DNA of 64,000 nucleotides from Anolis carolinensis (lineage: Eukaryota). The stretch covers positions 2,041,105 through 2,105,104 of the forward strand of contig NW_026943821.1 in the NCBI RefSeq assembly GCF_035594765.1. The letters are read 5' to 3'. This document shows, piece by piece, positions 38,138 through 49,940 of the stretch; within the stretch, counting starts at the first letter, position 1; each line of letters begins with the position of its first letter. The notes beneath the pieces were generated by a model. It saw only the letters and a program-made list of their open reading frames with translations. It was not told the origin of the DNA and ran no database searches. Made by a program: the position numbers and the translations under genes.

Positions 38138-39400
38138 TATTATTATTATTCTACCCCGCCAGCATCTCCCAGCAGGGACTCGGGGAACATACAACCCTGT
38201 GCTAGTTTGGCAACATCAAATCCCTTGGCATTAATGGGAAACTCACGTGAGAATACTACAGATCCCAAACCAGGAAGGCCGGCAGGTGCAGGGATTTCAA
38301 GTCCGCATCACTTAAGACATAAGGTGCATCTACGCTGTGGAATGAATGCAGTTTGATGCCCACCTGAGCGCCACGGCTTCATGCTATGAATGTTGAAGTG
38401 GGAATGATTGTATATAGAGTTGTTTAAATGTAATTGAGTTATAGTGATGCAATGTGAACTGGAGATTGCATCACGCACTGTCTGCTGTCCACTATGCCAG
38501 TGTGTAAAGAGTTAACTGTGTATTGCATCAGACAGCAGAGGTGGTTATAAATAGCTCCCTGTGTTATCTGTTCTCTCTCTGCTCTCTGCCTCTCTGCACT
38601 CTGTCTGTATATATCGTCTTGAGAGTTTTCCGTTTGTTAGTAAACCTTTTGTAGATAGCCAAATAGGCTTCAGCCTCGTTATTGGTGCCAGTGATTCTTC
38701 GTTGATCTTCCGCTGCATGTGTGCTTATCCAAACCGCGCGCTCTGACAATGAAAACATGGGAGTTGTAGTTCCACAAGGCGTTGACCTTTTTTTCTGCTC
38801 AAAGAGTCTCTTTCCCATAGCATGGATCCAGCGTGTTTAAAGTGGTAGAAAATTGCATTCATTCTACAGTATAGACGCATCCTTGGTGGAACTACAACTC
38901 CCAAGATTCATTCTACAGTATAGATGCACTCCTAGTGGAACTACAACTCCCAAGCTTTATTCTACAATATAGATTCATCCTTAGTGAAATTACTACTCCC
39001 AAGATTCATTCCACAGATGTATGCCTGGTGAAACTACAAATCCCAAGATTCATTCCACAGTGTACCTGCACCCTTAGTGAAACTACAACTCCAAGATTCA
39101 TTCCACTGTACACATATAACCTTAGTGAAATTACAACTCCCAATATTCATTCTACATTGTAGGCACAGCCCTAGTGGAACTACAACTCCCAACAGTTATT
39201 CTACAGTATAGATTCATCCTTAGTGAAATTACACTTCCAAAGATTCATTCCACAGTGTAGATGCATGCCTAGTGAAATTACAAATCCCAATATTCATTCC
39301 ACAGTGTACCTGCACCCTTAGTGAAACTACAACTCCAAGATTCATTCCACTGTACACATATAACCTTAGTGAAATTACAACTCCCAATATTCATTCTACA
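38070..39400 (+). pseudogene. Decayed APOC2 paralog fragment (part of exon 3 plus following intron)
   Basis: 38070-38099 and 38188-38246 align codon-wise to 20146-20227 (KGH*NQVSN...TTLC*FGNIKSLGINGKL vs KGYWDQVSNTTMGWFGQFKVLGFNEKL). The GTGAGA donor is kept and the intron matches 20228 onward. Two TGG>TAG stops. Confidence 0.82.
38391..38748 (+). mobile_element. Solo LTR, 358 bp
   Basis: TGT...ACA termini, 5-bp TSD ATGAA (38386-38390 and 38749-38753), TATAAA near 38547. The paralogous APOC2 intron near 20364 shows the empty site. Confidence 0.85.
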
Positions 39401-39525
39401 TTGTTTTACAAGAAATCAACGGAAAAAGCAGTCTCAACTGCGCCCCCGTAAGTTTTGCGCCCCAAGCGATTGCTTAATTTGCCTCATTGTTGGACCGGCC
39501 CTGCCCAGAGTGTATTGTGAGACTC

Positions 39526-40554
39526 TCACATCATGACGGAATAGTCTGCCATTTGGGCCACGCTGAACTCGGTCTCCCGCCCGCTGCCCACCGGGCTTGG
39601 GGCTATTTGTTGTTGCCGCCGACACTGCCGCCAATCCCGGAACAATCCGGAGAGCTCCTTCCGGAACTTGGCTCCCACGAAAGCGTAAACCAAGGGGTTG
39701 AGACAGGAGTGGACGAGGCCCACGCTCTCGGTGAAGAGGAGACCGAAGTCCAGGATCTTCTCCTTGGCGCAATCGCGGCCCACGTGTCCCAGGCGCTGGA
39801 GGCTGTCCACCAAGACGAATCCGTGGAAGGGACCCCAGCAGAGGACGAAGAGAAGCAGAATCACGGAAAGGAGCCGCAAGGCCGTCACGCGGAAGAAGAG
39901 CTGCCGGAGCTTGACCAACATGCGGACGTAGCAGTAGACCATGACCGCGACCGGGAAGAGGAAGCCAAGGAGGAAGGAGACCAAGCGGAGGGACAACCGC
40001 CACGTGTTGGCGTCCCGGGCGTCGAACCCCAAGTGGCACACGACGGCCCCGGCTTGGGAGACGTAGGACACGGTTCGGAAGTGGAGCTCCACGACAGAGA
40101 GGGCGATGGAGGCGGCCCACAGCAAGGTGGAGGCCAGCAAGGCTCCATGAGGTGTCCACCGTGGTTGGAGGGAGTGGACAATGGCCAGGTAGCGCTCGAG
40201 GGTCACGCAGGCCAAGAGGAAGGCCGTGCTGTAGCTGCTCATGGCGGAGAGGGCCCCCACCAGCTTGCAAAAGGGCTCCCCAAAGGCCCACGACTGGGAG
40301 AACTGGGTGGCCCGGAAAGGAAGGACCAGCACCAGGAGCAGGTCGGCCACGGCCAACTGGAAGAGGAAGCGGTCAGCCAGGAGCCACGGGCAGCGGCGGG
40401 AGGAGAGGACGGCCAGGACCAAGCCGTTGCCCACCAGGCCCAGCAGGAAGGACACCGAGAAGACGGCCGGGCCGAAGGAGCGGGCAAAGGAGCCCACCTC
40501 GCTCTGGGTGCAAGGGAAGGCCCCGGGGTTGATGTCCGGGAGATCCGAAGGGAA
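39526..40554 (-). CDS. CXCR3-like chemokine receptor, main exon
   Basis: 7-TM class A GPCR motifs: GLVGNGLV, LAVADLL, W..GEPFCK, ERYLAIV, CWGPF, HSCLNPLVY. Phase-0 acceptor TTTCTCCTTCCCAG| before FPSDLP. The N-terminal extension in the ORF track is intronic. Confidence 0.9.
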   Translation of the reverse strand, partial: FPSDLPDINPGAFPCTQSEVGSFARSFGPAVFSVSFLLGLVGNGLVLAVLSSRRCPWLLADRFLFQLAVADLLLVLVLPFRATQFSQSWAFGEPFCKLVGALSAMSSYSTAFLLACVTLERYLAIVHSLQPRWTPHGALLASTLLWAASIALSVVELHFRTVSYVSQAGAVVCHLGFDARDANTWRLSLRLVSFLLGFLFPVAVMVYCYVRMLVKLRQLFFRVTALRLLSVILLLFVLCWGPFHGFVLVDSLQRLGHVGRDCAKEKILDFGLLFTESVGLVHSCLNPLVYAFVGAKFRKELSGLFRDWRQCRRQQQIAPSPVGSGRETEFSVAQMADYSVMM

Positions 40555-41578
40555 CTGGGAAGGAGAAAGCGCAAACGGGTCAAGGCGAAATGGAACCGAG
40601 ACTGCAGTAAAACAAGTCAAATATATATACAGGTAGACCATGAAGTCATGAGTTCGAGGCCAGCCTGTGGCGGGGTGAGCACCTGTCAATTAAAAAAATA
40701 AAATAAATAGCCCCTGCTCATTGCTGACCTAGCAACCCGAAAGATAGTTTCCTCTATCAAGTAGGAAATAAGGTACCACTTATAAAGTGGGGAGGCAAAT
40801 TTAACTAATTTACTACATTGGAATGAGGAAGTGCCGTCACAGTGGATGATGAAACAGCTGCTCCCCCCTGTGGCCAGAATCGAACATCCCCTCAGGAGAA
40901 GGTTAAATTGCCTCTGCGTCTGTCTCTGTCTCGGTTCTATGTGTATAGGTAAAGGTTTTCCCCTGACGTTAAGTCCAGTCATGTCTGACTCTGGGGGTTG
41001 GTGCTCATCTCCATTTCTAAGCTGAAGAGCCGGCGTTGTCCGTAGACACCTCCAAGGTCATGTGGCCACTGGCATGACTGCATGGAGCGCCGTCACCTTC
41101 CTGCCGGAGCAGAACCTATATATATATAAATGTAATGTGCATAACTCCCATGGAGTAAACAACAAAACCTCTGGACCAAATCACACCAAATTTGGCCACA
41201 AAAGACATAGTCACCCAATCAATCTGCATGCGGCAGAGTGTCAGCAAAAATGGCTAGGCGTGTCAGTGCTGACACGCGTGTCATAAGTTGGCCATCACTG
41301 CTCTAGAAGATGCCTGGAGAGGACTGTATAGATAGAGACCTAAGATAAAATGTAATAATAATTATAATTTACTATTATAATTGTATATTTATATTACATG
41401 CAATATTACTAAGAATATTACAATACAGTATAATATAATATATTGTATGTATATATACTTGTAAACCGCCCTGAGTCTCCTTCAGGGTGAGAAGGGCGGG
41501 ATATAAATGTCGCTAATAAATAATAATAAATAAATAAAAACACATTTAAATGATTTTTGCCAGAAAGGGAGGACATAC

Positions 41579-41623
41579 CTCAAAATTGATATAATCGAGA
41601 CCCCAGGAAAAGGTAGTTGTCAT
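41579..41623 (-). CDS. CXCR3-like receptor, coding exon 1
   Basis: MTTTFSWGLDYINFE then phase-0 donor GTATGT, compatible with the 40554 acceptor. DY is a sulfotyrosine-type motif. TATAA-like element about 30 nt upstream. Gives a 357-aa protein. Confidence 0.72.
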
Positions 41624-41857
41624 CTTTGTCCCCGGACCATTCCTTGCAGGTTATAGGAGGAAAGTCTGCTTTCGGCCACTTTCTCCTTTTTGGCCGCAAA
41701 TGAGGACACAGAGCAAGGCACTTGTTCCGAATCGGACTCCAAAACCTTGCCTACGATGGAAGGAATAGGAAAGGAAGCAAAAGGGGAAACTGGTGCTTTG
41801 TGAAACAGGCCCAAATGGGGAAGTGAAGCGTAATATCAGACAAGGTGTGGGCTCGAT

Positions 41858-43460
41858 TTGCATTCATTCTGCAGTGCAGATGCACCCTTAATAAGATATC
41901 TTTCAATCATGGGAGTTGTAGTTGGCACTCCTTTGGTAGAGAGGACCCTTGCTAAACTACAACTCCCATCATTCCGTAGCAATGAGCTATGGGCTCAATT
42001 TGCATTAATTCTGCAGTGCAGATGCACCCTTAATATGATATCTTTCAATCATGGGAGTTGTAGTTGGCACTCCTTTGGTAGAGAGGACCCTTGCTAAACT
42101 ACAACTCCCATCATTCCGTAGCAATGAGCTATGGGCTCAATTTGCATTAATTCTGCAGTGCAGATGCACCCTTAATATGATATCTTTCAATCATGGGAGT
42201 TGTAGTTGGCACTCCTTTGGTAGAGAGGACCCTTGCTAAACTACAACTCCCATCATTCCGTAGCAATGAGCTGTGGGCTCAATTTGCATTCATTCTGCAG
42301 TGTAGATGCACCCTTAATATGATATCTTTCAATCATGGAAGTTGTAGTTGGCACTCCTTTGGCAAAGAGGGCCCTTGCTAAACTATAACTCCCATCATTC
42401 CTTAGCAATGAGCTGTGGGCTCGATTTGCATTAATTCTGCAGTGCAGATGCACCCTTAATATGATATCTTTCAATCATGGGAGTTGTAGTTGGCACTCCT
42501 TTGGTAGAGAGGACCCTTGCTAAACTACAACTCCCATCATTCCGTAGCAATGAGCTGTGGGCTCAATTTGCATTCATTCTGCAGTGTAGATGCACCCTTA
42601 ATATGATATCTTTCAATCATGGAAGTTGTAGTTGGCACTCCTTTGGCAAAGAGGGCCCTTGCTAAACTATAACTCCCATCATTCCTTAGCAATGAGCTGT
42701 GGGCTCGATTTGCATTAATTCTGCAGTGCAGATGCGCCCTTAATATGATATCTTTGAGTCATGGGAGTTGCAGTTGGCGCTCCTTTGGTAGAGAGGGCCC
42801 TTGCTAAACTACAACTCCCATCATTCCGTAGCAATGAGCTGTGGGCTCAATTTGCATTAATTCTGCAGTGCAGATGCACCCTTAATATGATATCTTTCAA
42901 TCATGGGAGTTGTAGTTGGCACTCCTTTGGTAGAGAGGACCCTTGCTAAACTACAACTCCCATCATTCCGTAGCAATGAGCTGTGGGCTCAATTTGCATT
43001 AATTCTGCAGTGTAGATGCACCCTTAATATGATATCTTTCAATCATGGAAGTTGTAGTTGGCACTCCTTTGGCAAAGAGGGCCCTTGCTAAACTATAACT
43101 CCCATCATTCCTTAGCAATGAGCTATGGGCTCGATTTGCATTAATTCTGCAGTGCAGATGCACCCTTAATATGATATCTATCAGTCATGGGAGTTGCAGT
43201 TGGCGCTCCTTTGGTAGAGAGGGCCCTTGCTAAACTACAACTCCCATCATTCCGTAGCAATGAGCTATGGGCTCGATTTGCATTAATTCTGCAGTGCAGA
43301 TGCACCCTTAATATGATATCTATCAGTCATGGGAGTTGCAGTTGGCACTCCTTTGGCAGAAAGGGCCCTTGCTAAACTTCATCTCCCATCATTCCATAGC
43401 AATGAACCGTGGGTTCGAACTGCATTAATTCTGCAGTGCAGATGCGCCCTTAATATGATA
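41858..43460. repeat. 142-bp tandem repeat, about 11 copies
   Basis: Recurring ORF starts at 42051, 42193, 42477, 42761 and 42903 are separated by multiples of 142. Confidence 0.93.
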
Positions 43461-43799
43461 ACTTTTGGATGTGACAGATTGAAATCCCAGCAAGTTCCCA
43501 GGCTTTCCTTTTAACGCTTGAACCCATGAAGGCAGCCCGTGGGTTGGTTTTGATTTCATTCCAGGACCATTTTATCTGGATTTTTATTTTTATTTTTATT
43601 TTTTAAAAAGCATATTTACAGCAGAAAATAGGCATAATACAACACATTCTTAACATTGAGCCGTATCAATTCTACACTGGACAACAAGGGTGTCGCACTG
43701 GATGAGGGTGAAAAAGCTGAAATTAAATCCTGGCAAGACAGAGGTCCTCCAGGTCAGCCGGGTGGCCGATCGGGGCAGTGGGTGGCAACCGGCGCTCGG

Positions 43800-44520
43800 C
43801 GGCAGAGTTTTGTGGGGAAGGAGTTTCCAAGCTCATTCATGGCTATGATGTGCCTAGATTTGAATGGCGACTATGTTGAGAAGTGGTATTTGGGTCTGGC
43901 TTTCACCTGCATATGGTAAATGTTTTCTCCTATACGTTTTGAGGACACAAGTGGCAGAGTTTTGTGGGGAAGGAGTTGCCAAGCTCATTCATCGCTATGA
44001 TAAGTGCCTAGATTTGGATGACAACTATGTTGAGAAGTGGTATTTGGGTCTGGCTTTCAACTGCATATGGTAAATGTTTTCTCCTATACTTTGTTCATTT
44101 TTACAGTAGAGTCTCACTTATCCAACATAAACGGGCCGGCAGAACGTTGGATAAGCGAATATGTTGGATAGTAAGGAAGGATTAAGGAAAAGCCTATTAA
44201 ACATCAAATTAGGTTATGATTTTACACATTAAGCACCAAAACATCATGTTATTCAACAAATTGGACAGAAAAAGTAGTTCGATATGCAGTAATGCTATGT
44301 AGTAATTACTTTATTTATGAATTTAGCACCAAAATATCACGATGTATTGAAGACATTGACTACAAAAATGCATTGGATAATCCAGAATGTTGGATAAGTG
44401 AAACTCTACTGTACTAATAAAATTACATTAATTGAGGCACCAGTAGGTTGAATGTTTTTGAATCTTTACATAAAACTAATGTAATTCCAAAACGTAATCT
44501 ACTTTCTGGATAACCCTCGC
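43800..44520 (+). mobile_element. Mariner 3' fragments, duplicated, with MITE insertion
   Basis: KLIHRYDKCLDLDDNYVEK mariner C-terminus, present twice. TIR-like ...CTTTCTGGATAACCCTCG near 44518. Confidence 0.7.
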
Positions 44521-44949
44521 ATTAATATTGTTAATATTGTTAATATTATCAATATTGTTACAGTAGAGTCTCACTTATCCAACATTCTGGATTATCCAAA
44601 CCATCTTTGTAGTCAATGTTTTCAATATATTGTGATATTTTGGTAAATACAGTAATTACTGCATAGCATTACTGTGTATTGAACTACCTTTTCTGTCAAA
44701 TTTGTTGTACAACATAATGTTTTGGTGCTTAATTTGTAAAATCATAACCTAATTAGATGTTTAATAGGCTTTTCCTTAATCCCTCCTTACTATCCAACAT
44801 ATTCGCTTATCCAACGTTCTTCTGGCCTGTTTACGTTGGATAAGCGAGACTCTACTGTAATATTAATCATACAAGAGTTGTAGTCCAGCATTGGTAGTCC
44901 ATCATATTGTTGCTGCTGATGTTGCTGTTGCTATTGCTGTTATTGTTTT

Positions 44950-45705
44950 ATTGTATGACACAGCAAACAAGATAGATATGCTGGATTTCGTATCACAAAA
45001 TCACAAGTCGAACACTTCCCAAGTGCCTAGGACTGTGTGATGTATTTTCGGATCATGCGTGCCGATCCCAGTCGGGTGGCCTTTTGCAGTTGGCAGATCA
45101 TACTTTTGTCAATGCCTATTGTTTCCAAATGCCGGCTAAGATCTTTTGGCACAGCACCTAGTGTGCCCATCACCACCGGGACCACCTGCACTGGTTTCTG
45201 CCAGAGTCTTTGAAGTTCAGTCTTGAGGTCCTGAAAGCGGCTGAGTTTTTCCTGTTGTTTTTCGTCAATGCGACTGTCACCTGGGATGGCGACATCAATG
45301 ATCCAAACCTTTATTTTCCACAACTGTGATGTCTGGTGTGTTGTGTTCCAGAACTTTGTCAGTCTGGATTCAAAAGTCCCACAGTATCTTTGCGTGCTCA
45401 TTTTCCAATACTTTTGCAGGTTTGTGATCCCACCAGTTCTTTGCTGCTGACAGGTGGTACTTGAGGCTGTTTGGTTGTGCATTTAAGTAAATCAGATCTA
45501 ATTTGCCAAATAGTCACTGTTGAATGTTTTTTAGGTTGAATGTTTTTATGATGAATGTTTTCTATTGTGGAATGATATTTTAAATTGTAAGTCGCTCAGA
45601 GCACTCTGGTGGAGAGCGACTAATTAAGAAATAAAGTGAAGTGAAATAAGAAAGTGAAGTGAATAAGTTCCAATGAATCATTTGGGCCACATAGTTGTGC
45701 CTCTG
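44950..45705 (-). mobile_element. R4-clade LINE 3' fragment with short insert
   Basis: ORF 45027-45482 is the endonuclease. Insert at 45465-45663. Confidence 0.85.
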
Positions 45706-45874
45706 TTATTATTGTTGTTGTTGTTATTTGGAAGGCCACATAGGCTGAATTCAGCTGCATCCCTTGGATTTGGTCCTTTTAAAGTCCAGAGTGAAACCAG
45801 AGCAGAAGCTCACTTTGGGCAATACGGATACGGATGGAAACGCCTAGCAGGAGGCAGCTGTTCTGCAAAATGCC

Positions 45875-46969
45875 CTAGAAGCCTCCGGAATAGGTGGTTT
45901 CGGTGCTTTCGGACCAGGTGGACTCCCTCCGGAGGGCCGAGCCCTGCCTGCTATACCTGGCCACGAACCCGTGATTGACGCAGCCCAGCTTTTGGAGCAG
46001 CTCCAGGTACCGGTGCTGGAACTTGACGCCCATGAAGGCGTAGAGGAGCGGGTTGAGGCAGCAGTGGAAGAAGCCCAAGGCGGTGGCCACCACTTCGGCC
46101 ACCTCCAGCCTCTCCTGCCAAGCGCAGTCCAGTTTGAGGAAAGTGGTGGCGAACTGGATTGAATGGTACGGCAGCCAGCAGAGGAAGAAGGCGCCCACCA
46201 CGGCCAAGATGACCCGCATGGCCTTGTGCTTTCGGAAACCCTTGGACAGCAACAGGGTGAAGACGATGTGGGCGTAGCAGTAGCCCATGGCCAGCAAGGG
46301 CAGGAAGAAGGTGCCCACTTGGTTGAAGAGGCTCAGGCCCACTTTCCACTGCGTGGCCGAATCCGGCGGGAAGACCAGCGAGCAGGAGGTGGACTTTTGG
46401 CGTGAGTCATACTCGGCAGACAGGTAGACAAAGTCCGGCACGGTGAGGAGGAGGCACGCGACCCAGACGGCCACGGCGGTGAGGTGGACGGCGGAGGCCT
46501 TGCTGCGCCTGTACATGCGGACGACACAGACAATGGAGAGGTAGCGGTCCAGGCTGATGCAGACCAAGAAGAAGATGCTGGCGAAGAAGTTGATCTTGAA
46601 GGCACCGCCCACCACGCGGCACAGGAAGGTGCCGAAGACCCATCCGCGGGCCTCCTGGACGGCCCAAAAAGGGAGGGTCAGCACCAGGAGGATGTCGGCC
46701 ACGGCCAGGTTGAAGAGGAAGACGTCCGTCCCGGCCAGAGCCTCCTTGGCACGCAGCAAGACCGCGATGACCATCCCGTTGCCCCACAAGCCTAAGAGGC
46801 AGATCAAGCTGTAGAAAGCGGGCAGGAAGCTGCCAGAGAAGCCCTGGGTCGCGTTGGAGTTGCAAACGGAGGAGGACGAGCAGCAGGCGTCGGTCCAGTT
46901 GTCGTAATCGTAATAGCCGTCGGAGGAGTTGCCGACTAAGTCAAAGAGGTCCCCACTGGTTAAGACCAT
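45875..46969 (-). CDS. CXCR3: C-X-C chemokine receptor 3
   Basis: GLWGNG, LAVADILLVLTLPFWAV, CISLDRYLSIV, LPLLAMGYCYAHI, CWLPYH, HCCLNPLLYAFMGVKF, C-terminus RRESTWSESTETTYSGGF. Kozak GCCATGG at 46969. An acceptor TTTCAG| at 46985 implies an upstream exon, so the true start may lie further 5'. Confidence 0.92.
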   Translation of the reverse strand: MVLTSGDLFDLVGNSSDGYYDYDNWTDACCSSSSVCNSNATQGFSGSFLPAFYSLICLLGLWGNGMVIAVLLRAKEALAGTDVFLFNLAVADILLVLTLPFWAVQEARGWVFGTFLCRVVGGAFKINFFASIFFLVCISLDRYLSIVCVVRMYRRSKASAVHLTAVAVWVACLLLTVPDFVYLSAEYDSRQKSTSCSLVFPPDSATQWKVGLSLFNQVGTFFLPLLAMGYCYAHIVFTLLLSKGFRKHKAMRVILAVVGAFFLCWLPYHSIQFATTFLKLDCAWQERLEVAEVVATALGFFHCCLNPLLYAFMGVKFQHRYLELLQKLGCVNHGFVARYSRQGSALRRESTWSESTETTYSGGF

Positions 46970-47370
46970 GGCATCGTCTCCATCCTGAAACAAAAAGACA
47001 GCACTGTTTTAGACAATTACATGAATCTGTTGTGCAGTGTTTCCAGTTTGACTCTGATAAAGATGTTTCATAAGAAGGAAAATCAGCCTGCTTAGCAACC
47101 CTTGGAAATGCTGATTTGTTACCACTAAATATTTGGGTTTCATACCTTTTTATCTCCAGTGGCTGATGCTGTATTACTACTCATTTGTTCTGATTTTAGG
47201 TGTTTTGTTATATTTTTAAAACGTTTAAATTGTTTCTTTTATTTGATTTATGTTATTACTGTTTTTGTTTTGATATTCGTTGTAATTGCTTATTCTGTTT
47301 TGTTTTGGGCATCGCCCCATGTTAGCCGCCCCGAGTCCCTTTGGGGAGATGGTGGCGGGATAGAAAAATA

Positions 47371-47418
<48 letters not shown>

Positions 47419-47763
47419 GGGGCAAAGGGTGAAATATTTAGCAGACAGTATAGAGCTTCAACTAAAGGTGCACCAAAACCGTCAGGGCTGGCCCTAGGTA
47501 TTTTTCAAGTGTAGGCAAACAGAATTTTGGCACCCCCCCCCCCAAACCAATCACTGAAAAATAAAATCGTTGGATAAGCGAAAATGTTGGATAATAAGGA
47601 GGGATTAAGGAAAAGCCTATTAAACATCAAATTACATTAATATTTTAGAAATTAAGCACCAAAACATCATGTTTTACAACAAATCAACAGAAAAAGCAGT
47701 CTCGACTGCCCCCCAAGTGATCGCTTAATTCGCCTCATTGTTGGACCAGCTCTGAACACCGCT

Positions 47764-48152
47764 ACGAGGGCTATCCACAAAGTACATTACGTTTTGGAAT
47801 TAAAAATAAAGTATAGAAGAAAACATTTGCCATATCCAGTTGAAAGCCACACCCAAATACCACATCTCACATAGTCGCCATTCAAATCTAGGCACTTACC
47901 ATAGCGATGAATGGGCTTTGCAACTCCTTCCCCACTAAATTCTGCCACTTGCGTCCTCAACCACTGGTTTCCAACAATGGGGGCATGGCTGGCAACGCAA
48001 CGTTTTGGGGACGCTGCGCAGCTGCAGGAAGGAGTGACCGGCTGGCTGAAGATGCAAGCGGCAGAATTTAGTGGGGAAGGAGTTGCAAAGCTCATTCATC
48101 GCTAGGGTAAGTGCCTAGATTTGAATGGCGACTACGTGAGATGTGGTATTTG
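47764..48152. mobile_element. Fold-back mariner derivative
   Basis: TA-CGAGGGCTATCCACAAAGTA terminus. The mariner 3' end is present in both orientations. Runs into a gap. Confidence 0.72.
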
Positions 48153-49127
48153 NNNNNNNNNNNNNNNNNNNNNNNNNNNNNNNNNNNNNNNNNNNNNNNN
48201 NNNNNNNNNNNNNNNNNNNNNNNNNNNNNNNNNNNNNNNNNNNNNNNNNNNNNNNNNNNNNNNNNNNNNNNNNNNNNNNNNNNNNNNNNNNNNNNNNNNT
48301 ATTTGTATCCTATCTCCATCATTCCTGGAGGGGACTCGGGGCAGCTCACAGAAATATCAGATACAAAACAGTAACATAGTACAATACATCAATAAACAAT
48401 AACATGCACCAGTTATAATATTTCAACATTGACCAGTAGAATAAAAACACACTTACTAAAAAAGAGACTCCAAGCAGCTTAAGGTAACACCAATACAATT
48501 ACAATTTAAAACCATAAAAATATACAAAGATCAAAACAGAATTAAAAATGAACAGTATTAAAAAGATAAACAACAATAATATAGAAATATAATAATAATC
48601 GAAATATGATAATAATAGAGAATCATCATGATGATAATAGTAAGTGCAAAGTTATCAACAACCTCTTATAAAGAATGAAAACATGTCAAGTGACGCGTAC
48701 AATTCCGGCATTCAAAAATCAAATTAGTATTTGCGGACACTATGGTTTGTTTTGGATTTCTGAGCCCAAGGATTCAGAAGCCACTAAGAAGGTTGAAAGA
48801 AGGAACATAAAGACAGAGAAAGAGAGATGTGGTTTCCTAAGGGCGGTATCGTCATGCCATCTGATTCTGCCCTGCTTGCGACCGCCGTTTCTGGTGAGGG
48901 TGGTTTTTTAAAGTTTGGGCACCACATCCTGTGAAGACAGGCTTTTGGAGGCAATGAGTCAGCACCGACAAAGATGCTGCCTTTGGGATTTCTCCTAGGG
49001 TGCATCTACACTGTGGAATTAACACAGGTTTTAATTATTCGATGGGATCCAGAGAATTTTTCAGTCTCTTTTGCCTTCTCTGCCAGAGAGTGCAAACTAT
49101 CAGGATAAACCATCGCATTGAGCCCGG

Positions 49128-49800
49128 GCGACTGTCACCTGGGATGGCGACATCAATGATCCAAACCTTTTTCTTTTCCACAACTGTGATGTCTGGTGTG
49201 TTGTGTTCCAGAACTTTGTCAGTCTGGATTCGGAAGTCCCACAGTATCTTTACGTGCTCATTTTCCAATACTTTTGCAGGTTTGTGATCCCACCAGTTCT
49301 TTCCTGCTGGGAGGTGGTACTTGAGGCATAAGTTCCAATGGATCATTTGGGCCACATAGTTGTGTCTCTGTTTGTAGTCTGTCTGTGCAATTTTCTTACA
49401 GCAGCTGAGGAGATGATCCATGGTTTCGTCGGCTTCCTTGCACAGTCTGCATTTTGGGTCATCAGCTGATTTTTCGATCTTGGCCTTAATTGCCTTTGTC
49501 CTGATGTCTTGCTCCTGGGCTGCAAGGATCAGGCCTTCTGTCTCCTTCTTCAGGGTCCCATTCGTGAGCCAGAGCCAGGTCTTCTCCTTATCAGCTTTTC
49601 CTTCAATTTTGTCAAGGAACTTTCCATGCAATGTTTTGTTGTGCCAGCTGTCAGCTCTAGTTTGTGGTGCGGTTTTCTTGTACTGGTTTTTTTGTCTGCT
49701 GTGCTTTGAGGAGTTTCTGATTTTTGACTTCAATCAAAGCAGGTTCTTCACTTTGCTTTACATATTCTGCCAGGGCATGTTCTTCTTCTTTGACTGCTTG
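49128..49800 (-). mobile_element. R4-clade LINE internal fragment
   Basis: ORF 49035-49733 carries the zinc knuckle and the start of the endonuclease. Confidence 0.85.
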
Positions 49801-49908
49801 TTTGAGGCTGGGTGGCCATCTGTCAGGGGTGCTTTGCTTGTGCTTTGGTGCACAAAGGCAGAAGGGGGTTGGATTAAATGGCCCAAGGGGTCTCTTCCAA
49901 CCCTCTTT

Positions 49909-49940
<32 letters not shown>

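Noticed and set aside
40555-40689. N-terminal extension of the 387-aa ORF, and alternative acceptor at 40602
   Set aside because: The extension runs into SINE and intron sequence. The 40602 acceptor is phase 1 and does not fit the phase-0 exon at 41579-41623.
39434-40701. 404-aa and 285-aa overlapping ORFs
   Set aside because: Antisense and alternate-frame shadows of the GC-rich CXCR3-like exon.
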